Source: a virus. From it: DNA of 64,000 nt. Positions 47,704-56,784 of the stretch are shown piece by piece (position 1 is the stretch's first letter; every line of letters starts with the position of its first letter). Under the pieces are notes generated by a model, which had not been told where the DNA came from, made no database searches, and saw only the letters and a list, made by a program, of their open reading frames with translations. Made by a program: the position numbers and the translations under genes. The stretch is taken from UHGV virus genome UHGV-0211472. The stretch is one strand, 5' to 3'.

Positions 47704-48061
47704 TCTTTTTATTTCTTATCGATTACCTGTTTTTCGTACGACTTATCAGGTTGTCTACTTGGCACTGCTTAACCGATGAATAGATAATAGTGGAAGTGAG
47801 GGAGGAAAGCAACACTTATTTTGATTATTTTCAGGGAAGGAAGATATAAAAGAACGCGCACGCGAATAACATACTAAAACAGGCTTGTAAAGCACTAGTT
47901 GACGCTCTCAGACGCATCACAACGAGCTAAAAGGAAGTAAGGCATACAATCACCTTATAAAAGAGAAAAGCCTCACTAGGAGGCTTACAGGAAGGATTAG
48001 AGAATCAGATAGATTATGACCATAGGCATGACTACGGCACAATACAGGAGAAAGATTAAGC

Positions 48062-48427
48062 CTATGGATTTACACATTGACCGTTGCCGGATTTTATTTC
48101 GTTCATAGACTCGTCAAAGAGCGTCAACGACGAGCGCAACAAGTGATCGACCGTAATTTGTTTGCCAGTGGTTTCGTTAGTCATATAGATAGACTTGTCA
48201 TAGACTACAACACTCTCAAAATCTTCTACATGTAAAATAATAACTTTAGGTGACTGTTTACCAGTTTCATAATCTTCTATCAAATAGGTGCACTGTAGAC
48301 CTTCGATAGTATCAGGTGTGAACGTTGCAGCCTTCACACTACCCATAGACGATAGCAGGACACCTAACAGGAGAACAACAAGGAAGAAGCCTACAACCGT
48401 TTTAACGACGAATTTAATAAACCACAT
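48062..48427 (-). CDS. secreted or membrane-anchored protein (121 aa)
   Basis: N-terminal hydrophobic signal/anchor FIKFVVKTVVGFFLVVLLLGVLLSSMGSVKA. Confidence 0.45.
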   Translation of the reverse strand: MWFIKFVVKTVVGFFLVVLLLGVLLSSMGSVKAATFTPDTIEGLQCTYLIEDYETGKQSPKVIILHVEDFESVVVYDKSIYMTNETTGKQITVDHLLRSSLTLFDESMNEIKSGNGQCVNP

Positions 48428-48521
48428 AGCAGTAAACCTTTTTAGTCAGAGAATGTAAGAATACAGCATATCAGCGACGAACAACGCTACCGTAACGACG
48501 AACAAGCAACGCCAAAAATAA

Positions 48522-49052
48522 TCATGAAGCATCATTGCTACCCTCGACAAAAAATACTATACTGATTTGTTCCACTTCTTCCAGCGACAGGAGAATCCCA
48601 CGTTGAGCTAAATACTTCCCAATAGCGAGATAATCTTGCACTAAATAGACCGCAGGAAAGCTAACGGTTTTTATCTTACCCTTCGTAAGAAAAGACAAAT
48701 AAGCATAGTCGATTGACTCATCAAAGGAGAGCGTAACGCCACCGTAATTATGCGTATCAATCAGCGCAATAGTTTCATTACCCATTGGTATCACACTCCC
48801 AAAACAACTAACAGATAGTAAGCGATTGCAGTAGCAATCACCGTGAAAATTAAAGATAAAATGGTTGAGCTGGTATTGCAAACCATTCTTTTTAAATGTC
48901 CCATTCTTTACCTTTAGTGGAAGTGTTGCCACCGCAATGAGTTGCTCGGGAGATAAAGTCTGACTTCTTCCAATCAGCTTGTGTTTCCATATCACGCTCA
49001 CGATAGGCTTTCTCATCAACAGATCCACCATTAGAGCAGCTAGCACCTTCAT
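48522..49052 (-). CDS. hypothetical protein (frame overlaps next gene; true start uncertain)
   Basis: track ORF overlaps 48892..49221 by about 160 nt in another frame; may start at an internal Met. Confidence 0.3.
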   Translation of the reverse strand: MKVLAALMVDLLMRKPIVSVIWKHKLIGRSQTLSPEQLIAVATLPLKVKNGTFKKNGLQYQLNHFIFNFHGDCYCNRLLSVSCFGSVIPMGNETIALIDTHNYGGVTLSFDESIDYAYLSFLTKGKIKTVSFPAVYLVQDYLAIGKYLAQRGILLSLEEVEQISIVFFVEGSNDAS

Positions 49053-49221
49053 ACTTCATATCAATTTCACCAGAAGGAACCTTAACCCCATCTTTCCAAC
49101 GCATTACACAAGTACCCTCAACTCCCAGAGCACACCAACCGTTGGGACGCGGAGAAGAAGAACATCCAACAGTTGAGAGAACAGCTACAGATAAAAGAGC
49201 AGATGCAATCAGAGTTTTCAT
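48892..49221 (-). CDS. secreted lipoprotein-like protein
   Basis: preferred start MKTLIASALLSVAVLSTVGCSS (signal peptide ending in Cys) with AAAGGAA RBS; track ORF extends to 49269. Confidence 0.4.
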   Translation of the reverse strand: MKTLIASALLSVAVLSTVGCSSSPRPNGWCALGVEGTCVMRWKDGVKVPSGEIDMKYEGASCSNGGSVDEKAYRERDMETQADWKKSDFISRATHCGGNTSTKGKEWDI

Positions 49222-49290
49222 TGTCTTGATTCCTTTAGTGTTGTCTTGATGAGGTAATAATACTGCCAATCAATAACCGTGTCAACAACT

Positions 49291-49767
49291 TTATTTTGCT
49301 TTAACACAATCACCCATCTGGAAGCGGAACGTCCAGATACTATTATCAGCAGCATAGACGGAAGTGGCTAACATGGTTTCTTGCATTGTGCCATACGTTA
49401 CCAGATTAGTCACAACTTTAGAGCCTTTGATAGTCTGCACATCGCCAAAGGTAATCAACTCAGGGTCATTGTCTTTGCGAGAAAGGAGAATATCCTCATT
49501 GTTCTGATTGTCAAGTGTATGAGTAGACAGCACCATACCACGATTGGTTACGTTAGATAACTTAACCTTCATCAACGTAGTGACATTATCTGAATCCAAC
49601 CCTTTACAAACCATCCAACCTTTAGGAGCGTTGCTAACGAATGTATCAGCAGCATCATTCACAACTACAGCAGCTTGAGCAACTGGAGCACTAGCAATCT
49701 TGTCAGCGATAGCCATGCTACCGAAGGTTAATATCAGAGCACCGATTACAAAGTTTGACTTAGTCAT
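49291..49767 (-). CDS. secreted protein (158 aa), first gene of minus-strand early unit
   Basis: N-terminal signal peptide MTKSNFVIGALILTFGSMAIA; RBS AAAGGAA; sigma70-like promoter just upstream. Confidence 0.5.
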   Translation of the reverse strand: MTKSNFVIGALILTFGSMAIADKIASAPVAQAAVVVNDAADTFVSNAPKGWMVCKGLDSDNVTTLMKVKLSNVTNRGMVLSTHTLDNQNNEDILLSRKDNDPELITFGDVQTIKGSKVVTNLVTYGTMQETMLATSVYAADNSIWTFRFQMGDCVKAK

Positions 49768-49808
49768 GATTGATTCCTTTAGTTGGTATGCTTCGTTTCA
49801 ATGAGATA

Positions 49809-49837
49809 ACTATACTTCTTACTACACAACAAGTCAA
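49809..49837 (-). promoter_or_regulatory. sigma70-like promoter (minus strand)
   Basis: minus-strand TTGACT (49832-49837) - 17 nt - TATAGT (49809-49814) with AT-rich upstream region. Confidence 0.5.
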
Positions 49838-50129
49838 CAACTAATTTTAATTCTTTTATGATTCACGATGTAGCCTGAGCAACCGCAGTTCTCAGAGAGC
49901 CATTACTCACTTGGCTTCTCCAGTGACCCGATAGTGTTCCAGCCTTAGCCAGTCAATCGCGGAGTCCTTACATCTAATCACTTTCCACTACTTAGGACGA
50001 TTATCCTTCATGGAACCTACTACTATCTAGCTACTTGGTATCGCTACTTCGCTTCGATGAATACAATTTACTACTTCTTACTAAGGAAAGCAAGCGCTAC
50101 GGGTAAAATATTTCTACTATCTATATAGG

Positions 50130-50572
50130 ACGGGGAGATAACAACCGCAGGACAGACCACGGGGAAGGGTAGCCAGATAGTGCGGTAATAATATACCACT
50201 TAAATAATTGTATAACTCAAACATCAAAGACCGTTCGTACTACGTACTCACCATTCGCTACGCTCATGTACGCTGAAAAAGAAAGTAATAAAAGAATATA
50301 ATAAACATCAAACATAATCTTTCCACTTAATTAATACATACATCATTATTGCACTCATAATAACAACTATTGAAACTATTATCAACGTAACTATGGGGGC
50401 TTGTGACTGTTACTCATGGGCATTATATCGCCTTAATCTATTGGTACAGTGGAAGACCATTATCAGTGCTAGCCTTTCATCCATTCAGTAAAGGGGAACT
50501 AAATAAACGGGTAGGTAATGAATAGGATGGTATACACGGGGAAAGAATAACGGGGAGTAGGCACGGGGAAGG
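50130..50572. repeat. iteron-like direct repeats ACGGGGA(A/G), five copies in two clusters
   Basis: copies at 50130-50137, 50160-50167, 50536-50543, 50550-50557, 50563-50570 inside the ORF-poor divergent control region. Confidence 0.5.
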
Positions 50573-50999
50573 TTGGAACGTTGAAAGGGAAGGTAAAGGC
50601 ATTCCCATATGAGCTTTTTTAAATGAGGACTCCCCTTTTTTAGGAAACGCGCGGAAGCTGCCTAGCCCCACTCGGTCAAATTGAAATTTTAAACTGTTAT
50701 ATATAAGCTTGATAACTTTATTACGGGGTTGGATACTACACATGAAGTAGTTCACTACGTTCAAGTAGCCTTAACGTGACATAGCCTTTATGGGAGTGCC
50801 TTAATGTGAGGTCCCCTTTATGTCTTAACTTTATCAGAGGGATTTATGACTGAAGATGAATATGGTAGCTTCTCTGAAGAAGACTACGAAAATGAATACA
50901 GGTATGCTCACGGGTATTAATGTGAGGAGGCCTTTACGGGTAGGTAGTCATCAGAGAAGATGATGTGCCCTTTATACTTTCTACTCAGAGGAAAATAAT

Positions 51000-51110
51000 A
51001 TGGGATGGTTCCTGTTGGGTTTAATTCTTTTTGCCACTGTTCCTATTGTTGCTGTGTTTGGTTGCATAGCCGCTGACTTATTGGGAATAAAGAAAGGAGA
51101 TGAATTATGA
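51000..51110 (+). CDS. short hydrophobic peptide (36 aa)
   Basis: not in ORF track; ATG preceded by GAGGAAAA; MGWFLLGLILFATVPIVAVFGCIAADLLGIKKGDEL; stop overlaps next start (ATGA). Confidence 0.3.
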   Translation: MGWFLLGLILFATVPIVAVFGCIAADLLGIKKGDEL

Positions 51111-51463
51111 GATTGGATTTAAGAGGTTGTACTAGGTCAGTTATATTGTTCAGAGGTTATGCTATCAAGATTCCTACTTTTAAATCTTGGAAGCTTTTCT
51201 TAAAAGGGATTCTTGCTAACCTACAAGAGAGACATTTCTCTGAGATGAAAGACCCCAACCTTTGTCCTGTAGTCTTCTCTGATAAGTTTGGTTTCTTAGT
51301 AATAATGAAGAGGTGTAAGGTGGTTAAGCACAAAGGATTGTGGATGGCAGAGCTTCACACCTTGAAAGGCTCCCTTCCTAAAGAATTTTACCTGTCAGAC
51401 CTTAAGCCAGAAAATTATGGATACCTAGGCGGACGGTTGGTTAAATTAGATTATGGAGATTGA
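51107..51463 (+). CDS. hypothetical protein (118 aa)
   Basis: ORF; first long gene of plus-strand unit. Confidence 0.45.
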   Translation: MRLDLRGCTRSVILFRGYAIKIPTFKSWKLFLKGILANLQERHFSEMKDPNLCPVVFSDKFGFLVIMKRCKVVKHKGLWMAELHTLKGSLPKEFYLSDLKPENYGYLGGRLVKLDYGD

Positions 51464-51687
51464 TCATGAATTTAATACTAGACTTTTTATCAGAGGTGAT
51501 TCCACGGTTCAGAACAGAGACTTGCGCCTTTGTTAAGATATCCCCTGAAGAATTAGAATGCATCGGTCGTCTGGTTGACTTGGATGACGATGAAGAATTT
51601 GATGCAACGATGGAAGTTAGTAGCCTAGGATGGTTATTCTTCCGAGCGTTCACCACTATCAAACCACACACTTATAAGGAATATTAA
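51460..51687 (+). CDS. hypothetical protein (75 aa)
   Basis: ORF, start overlaps upstream stop. Confidence 0.4.
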   Translation: MIMNLILDFLSEVIPRFRTETCAFVKISPEELECIGRLVDLDDDEEFDATMEVSSLGWLFFRAFTTIKPHTYKEY

Positions 51688-51690
51688 TTT

Positions 51691-52092
51691 ATGCTAGACT
51701 TAATCCACACTACTCGCCCTGATTCTAAAACTAAAACACAACCATCTACTCTGGAAGTAGTTGAATACGAATCTACTAAATATGATCACCTCCCTGACTA
51801 TGCTCGTGCAATGATTGAGATGATTGAAGAAGCTGAATATGAAATGCTCCATGATTACATTACCTCCAAAGATGAATGGCATCGTGATGTTCGCATCGAA
51901 GAAGATGGTACAGAAACAATTACGTGGATTCACAAGAGTGAGTTAGTAGACGACGCACTGCGAGACTACGAAAAATTTTTGGTCGACGGCTCTATTCTTT
52001 TAGAGGAAGAGAAGGGTGCAGAACTTCCGTGGGAAGGCGAGACGATTGCTCTTGGTAAGATGTTTAACCTGTCCGTTGGTGATTGTAAGTAA
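51691..52092 (+). CDS. hypothetical acidic protein (133 aa)
   Basis: ORF. Confidence 0.45.
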   Translation: MLDLIHTTRPDSKTKTQPSTLEVVEYESTKYDHLPDYARAMIEMIEEAEYEMLHDYITSKDEWHRDVRIEEDGTETITWIHKSELVDDALRDYEKFLVDGSILLEEEKGAELPWEGETIALGKMFNLSVGDCK

Positions 52093-52148
52093 TGTTTGCC
52101 TCCTTTGGGAGGCTTTTTGTGTTGTTGATAATGTAGAAGGAGTATAAA

Positions 52149-52622
52149 ATGTTTGGAGAAAACGGAGAACTCACACCTGCACAGGTAGCTGAGATTACAG
52201 GAAGATTACCCGGAGTAACGGAAGAACTTGAAGTCCGTGGTATGAACCCAAGCAATGGGAAGTTTCAAAAGGGAAATAAATTCGGACGACCCAAAGGTAG
52301 TAGAGGTAAACTGACACAATTAATGTTGGACCGTGTTGCTGCAAGTCATTTGTCTCCTGATGAAGTGTTAATTCAAATTTACGAAGATCCTAATATTCCA
52401 CCTGATCTTAGATTCAAGGCTGCATCAAAAGTTGCAGATCTGGTATATCCTAAGGCGGCCTCTGTTGAAGTTAAGATTGAGGAAGAGAATGTAATCAACG
52501 AAGAATCATTGAATGCACAAATCAAGGACTTCTTGACTGGAGCACTTGGTATCGATGTTATGCCTCCAGAAGAAGATAACTCTGAGGACGCTGAAAAGGG
52601 GGAGGAAGCGGACGAGAGTTAA
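52149..52622 (+). CDS. putative terminase small subunit
   Basis: immediately upstream of large terminase; basic N-terminal segment NGKFQKGNKFGRPKGSRGK typical of small-terminase DNA-binding regions; acidic C-terminus. Confidence 0.4.
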   Translation: MFGENGELTPAQVAEITGRLPGVTEELEVRGMNPSNGKFQKGNKFGRPKGSRGKLTQLMLDRVAASHLSPDEVLIQIYEDPNIPPDLRFKAASKVADLVYPKAASVEVKIEEENVINEESLNAQIKDFLTGALGIDVMPPEEDNSEDAEKGEEADES

Positions 52623-52691
52623 GTAAAGGAAAGAAGGGGAGGTTCTTTGACGAAGGGACTTTCCCTTTTCTATTTTTAAACTGGAGGAAGT

Positions 52692-54233
52692 ATGTCATTA
52701 GATAAACAAATTTATGAAGCTCTAACTGGTAACAACCTTAGTGTAGATGAAAAGAAAGCACTATTGAATATGTTGAAAGAGCGTGACCAATGGAGGAAGT
52801 ATAATAGGATTTTGTCTTTCAAGGCGTATGACTTCCAAAAGAAATTTTATGCAGCAGGATTGAAGCATCGCTTTAGATTCTTGTGTGCAGCGAACCGTGT
52901 TGGTAAATCTTATAGTGAGGCATACGAGTTTGCTTGTCATGTCACAGGTCGCTACCCAACTTGGTGGACAGGATATAAATTTAAAAGACCTATCTTAGCA
53001 TGGGCAGTTGGTATTACAGGGGATTCCACAAGGAAAGTATTGCAAAAGGAATTGTTTGGTACACCTATCGGAAAGGATACAAATTTATTAGGGACAGGTG
53101 TCATTCCTCGTGATGCTATCGTCATTGATACGATAGAACGAGATGGTAACAAACTTCAAATCGTACAAATCAAACATCAAAATGAGAGAGGAGAGTTTGA
53201 CGGTTTAAGTACATTAGAATTCCGTTCAACCCAACAGGGTGAACATACATTGATGGGTGCAACAGTTGACTACATTTGGTTAGACGAAGAAGATCCATAC
53301 GAGTCTATGGCTATATTCGCACAGTGTGTCACACGTACACTCACAACTAAAGGTCTAGTTACAATTACAGCTACACCAGAGAACGGTTTAACTGAACTGG
53401 TAGATAAATTTATGAAAGGTGAAGGAGATGAGAACACGGGTTCTCTATATTTCCAGAATGCTTCTTGGTGGGATGCTCATGCAGACCTAGGTGGACATAT
53501 CACTGACCAAGATATAAAAGATATGACTGAAGGTATTCCAGCGTGGCAATTAGAGATGCGTTCAAAAGGTATGCCATTGTTAGGAAGTGGTTTGATTTAT
53601 GATGTATCGGATGACACAATTAAATGTGAACCATTCGAAATTCCTGATACGTGGAAACGTGTCTGTGCAATTGATATTGGTATTGATCACCCAACTGCTG
53701 CTGTTTGGACAGCTTACGACGCAAACACGGATACTATCTATGTTTACGACTCATATAAAGAAGGTGGCTTTACTCCAGTGTATCATGCTCCAGCTATTAA
53801 TGGTCGTGGTCAGTGGATTCCTGTCATCCTACCGCATGACGCGGACAATATTGAGAAAGGTAGTGGTTCATCTGTTGCTCAATTCTATAAGAATGCAGGA
53901 GTTAATGTACAGAGTGATACCTTCTACAACAAAATTGGAATGGATGGTAAAAAGAACTTCTTTGTAGAACCGGGAATCACAGATATCCGAGAAAGAATGA
54001 TGAGTGGACGCTTTAAAATCTTTAACACAGCCGCTAACGCTAAGCTATTCGAAGAGAAAGCTAGATATCACCGTAAGGTTGGTAAGATTATTAAAGAACA
54101 TGATGACTTAATGGATGCAATGCGCTATTCAGCGTGCTCTGTTACACATCGTGGTCGCTCTAAGCATGATGTTAGCTACGGAAGCGCTTCTTTGTATGAG
54201 GCAAACGTAAGCAGATGGAATCAGAGTTACTAA
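52692..54233 (+). CDS. terminase large subunit
   Basis: Walker A CAANRVGKS, Walker B VDYIWLDEE, C-terminal RNase H-like nuclease acidic residues (CAIDIGIDH, DDLMDAMRY). Confidence 0.85.
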   Translation: MSLDKQIYEALTGNNLSVDEKKALLNMLKERDQWRKYNRILSFKAYDFQKKFYAAGLKHRFRFLCAANRVGKSYSEAYEFACHVTGRYPTWWTGYKFKRPILAWAVGITGDSTRKVLQKELFGTPIGKDTNLLGTGVIPRDAIVIDTIERDGNKLQIVQIKHQNERGEFDGLSTLEFRSTQQGEHTLMGATVDYIWLDEEDPYESMAIFAQCVTRTLTTKGLVTITATPENGLTELVDKFMKGEGDENTGSLYFQNASWWDAHADLGGHITDQDIKDMTEGIPAWQLEMRSKGMPLLGSGLIYDVSDDTIKCEPFEIPDTWKRVCAIDIGIDHPTAAVWTAYDANTDTIYVYDSYKEGGFTPVYHAPAINGRGQWIPVILPHDADNIEKGSGSSVAQFYKNAGVNVQSDTFYNKIGMDGKKNFFVEPGITDIRERMMSGRFKIFNTAANAKLFEEKARYHRKVGKIIKEHDDLMDAMRYSACSVTHRGRSKHDVSYGSASLYEANVSRWNQSY

Positions 54234-54294
54234 AGTAAGGGGGAGGTTTATCCTCCCTTCTTTTATTTAAGCTATCAACCGAGGGAGAGAATCG

Positions 54295-56538
54295 ATGGCT
54301 AAGCAAAAATATAGTGAAGAGGTGTTGGACGAGTTACGTGTTGACCTTCAACGTCGTTTTAATTATGCTCAAGGCTACGTAGACACAGCTGTTAAGGGCT
54401 ATGCTCGTGAAGCTTGGGAATATTTCTATGGTAACTTACCTGCACCAGTAACTGCTGGCAGCTCTAGTTGGGTAGATCGTACTGTTTGGGAATCTGTTAA
54501 CGGTACATTGCAAGATATTATTAACGTATTCTGTTCTGGTGACGAAGCGGTTACTTTCGTAGCTGACAACCAACAGGATTCTGATGCTGCTGATGTAGCA
54601 ACTAAACTAGTTAACCAAATTCTTCTGCGTGATAATCCGGGATATAATATTATCTCTTCTGCTGCACAAGAATGTCTGGTTACTCGTAACTCTTTTATCA
54701 AATATTATTGGGATGAGCAAACTTCTACTCAAACTGAAGAGGCTGAAGGTGTACCACCGGAAGCATTGGCTGCATATGTTCAGGGATTAGAAGCTGGTGG
54801 ACTCAAGAATCTGGAAATCTTCACTGAAGAAAATGAAGATGGTACAGTAGATGTTAAAGTTACTTACGAACAAACTGTTAAACGTGTGAAAGTTGAATAT
54901 GTTCCTTCAGAGCAAATCTTTGTTGATGAACATGCTACCTCTTTTGCAGATGCACAATACTTCTGTCATCGTGTACGTCGTTCTAAAGAAGATCTGGTTG
55001 CTATGGGCTTCCCTAAAGATGAGATTGAAGCATTCAACGACTGGACAGATACGATGGATACCACTCAATCTACAGTTGCTTGGTCTCGTACTGACTGGCG
55101 TCAGGATATTGATGCTGATATTGGCACAGATACCGAAGATATTGCTTCTATGGTTTGGGTTTATGAGCACTACATTCGTACAGGTGTTCTAGATAAGAAT
55201 AAAGAGTCTAAACTCTATCAGGTTATTCAAGCTGGTGAGCATATCCTTCACACTGAAGAAGTAACTCACATTCCGTTTGTAACCTTCTGCCCATATCCTA
55301 TTCCGGGTTCCTTCTATGGTCAATCGGTCTATGACATTACGAAAGATATTCAAGATTTACGTACCGCGTTAGTTCGTGGTTATATCGATAACGTCAACAA
55401 TGCTAACTATGGTCGATACAAAGCTCTTGTTGGTGCATATGATCGTCGCTCTCTGCTTGATAACCGTCCCGGTGGAGTGGTTGAAATGGAACGTCAGGAC
55501 GCTATTGACCTGTTCCCATACCATAACCTACCTCAAGGTATTGATGGCCTCCTAGGTATGTCTGAGGAGCTTAAAGAGACACGTACAGGTGTAACCAAAC
55601 TAGGTATGGGTATCAACCCTGATGTGTTTAAGAATGATAACGCTTATGCAACCGTAGGCTTGATGATGAATGCTGCACAGAACCGTCTCCGTATGGTATG
55701 TCGTAACATTGCTCACAATGGTATGGTTGAATTGATGCGTGGTATTTACAGCCTTATCAGAGAAAATGGTGAAGTTCCTATCGAGGTACAAACCCCTCGT
55801 GGTATGGTTCAGGTTAATCCGAAACAATTACCAGCTCGTCACAATCTTCAAGTTGTTGTAGCTATCTCCCCTAATGAGAAAGCAGAACGTGCACAGAAAC
55901 TGATTAGCTTGAAACAGCTGATTGCAGCAGATGCACAGTTAGCACCTCTCTTTGGTTTGGAGCAAGACCGTTACATGACTGCACAGATCTTTGAGTTGAT
56001 GGGTATTAAAGATACACATAAATACCTTCTGCCTCTGGAACAATATCAGCCTCCAGAACCTTCTCCGATGGAAATCCTCCAGCTCGAGATGACTAAAGCA
56101 CAGGTTGAGAACGTACAGGCTTCTTCTCAGAAGATGATTGCTGATGCATTCGACCAACGTGAACGTACTACATTCGAACAGCAGAAAGCTGCGGATGAAT
56201 TAAGTCTGCGTCAGGAAGAGTTGCAGTTCAAGCAAGAAAATGCAGCAGATGCAATGACTCTGGAAAACCGTAAAGAAGATAACAATGCTACTCTGGAACA
56301 AGCTAAGCACAAGTTAGCTCTTATGCAACAGCAGGTCCGTCAGTATGAATCTGTACTAAAAGAGTTGCAGATGGTTATGTCTCATCAGGTTGACCAAGAG
56401 AAGCTTAATGAACAATCACGCATTCAAAACAAGACTTTGGAACTCCAAAAGAAAGAAGCTAATGTAACTAAGAAAGAGCAACAAACTTCTCTCAAAGATT
56501 CACGGATTCAAGGCAAACGTCTTGGAAGTAAAAAGTAA
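54295..56538 (+). CDS. portal protein
   Basis: 747-aa ORF directly after terminase with coiled-coil C-terminal region; synteny terminase-portal-scaffold-capsid. Confidence 0.6.
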   Translation: MAKQKYSEEVLDELRVDLQRRFNYAQGYVDTAVKGYAREAWEYFYGNLPAPVTAGSSSWVDRTVWESVNGTLQDIINVFCSGDEAVTFVADNQQDSDAADVATKLVNQILLRDNPGYNIISSAAQECLVTRNSFIKYYWDEQTSTQTEEAEGVPPEALAAYVQGLEAGGLKNLEIFTEENEDGTVDVKVTYEQTVKRVKVEYVPSEQIFVDEHATSFADAQYFCHRVRRSKEDLVAMGFPKDEIEAFNDWTDTMDTTQSTVAWSRTDWRQDIDADIGTDTEDIASMVWVYEHYIRTGVLDKNKESKLYQVIQAGEHILHTEEVTHIPFVTFCPYPIPGSFYGQSVYDITKDIQDLRTALVRGYIDNVNNANYGRYKALVGAYDRRSLLDNRPGGVVEMERQDAIDLFPYHNLPQGIDGLLGMSEELKETRTGVTKLGMGINPDVFKNDNAYATVGLMMNAAQNRLRMVCRNIAHNGMVELMRGIYSLIRENGEVPIEVQTPRGMVQVNPKQLPARHNLQVVVAISPNEKAERAQKLISLKQLIAADAQLAPLFGLEQDRYMTAQIFELMGIKDTHKYLLPLEQYQPPEPSPMEILQLEMTKAQVENVQASSQKMIADAFDQRERTTFEQQKAADELSLRQEELQFKQENAADAMTLENRKEDNNATLEQAKHKLALMQQQVRQYESVLKELQMVMSHQVDQEKLNEQSRIQNKTLELQKKEANVTKKEQQTSLKDSRIQGKRLGSKK

Positions 56539-56547
56539 GGACGTCGA

Positions 56548-56784
56548 ATGAACATTAGGCATCAATTCAATAAAGAGCACGCCGCCGCTTTGGCGGCTCT
56601 CAATCTTAACGGCAGTCTTGACGCAGCATTAGAGGCATTGAAAGAAAGACTCATGACCGAGATAGTTCAAACTGAACCTCATGAGAATAAGAAACGCGAA
56701 GATTGTTATCAAAAGTATAAAATGGTGGGTAGCTTAAAAGAGGTCATAAAAGCTGCTATCAATAGTGCAGGAGATGTTTCATAA
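56548..56784 (+). CDS. hypothetical protein (78 aa)
   Basis: ORF between portal and scaffold. Confidence 0.4.
   Translation: MNIRHQFNKEHAAALAALNLNGSLDAALEALKERLMTEIVQTEPHENKKREDCYQKYKMVGSLKEVIKAAINSAGDVS

Noticed and set aside
46458-48061. Possible CRISPR array or tRNA cluster in the ORF-free region
   Set aside because: Repeats are imperfect and irregularly spaced (no uniform repeat-spacer periodicity), and no tRNA T-loop/acceptor-like motifs (GTTCRANYC with a flanking stem) were found on either strand.
50477-50764. ORF-track CDS of 95 aa on the minus strand
   Set aside because: Low-complexity Pro/Ser/Leu-rich translation generated by reading through the GGGGAA repeats; no RBS; lies in the control region.
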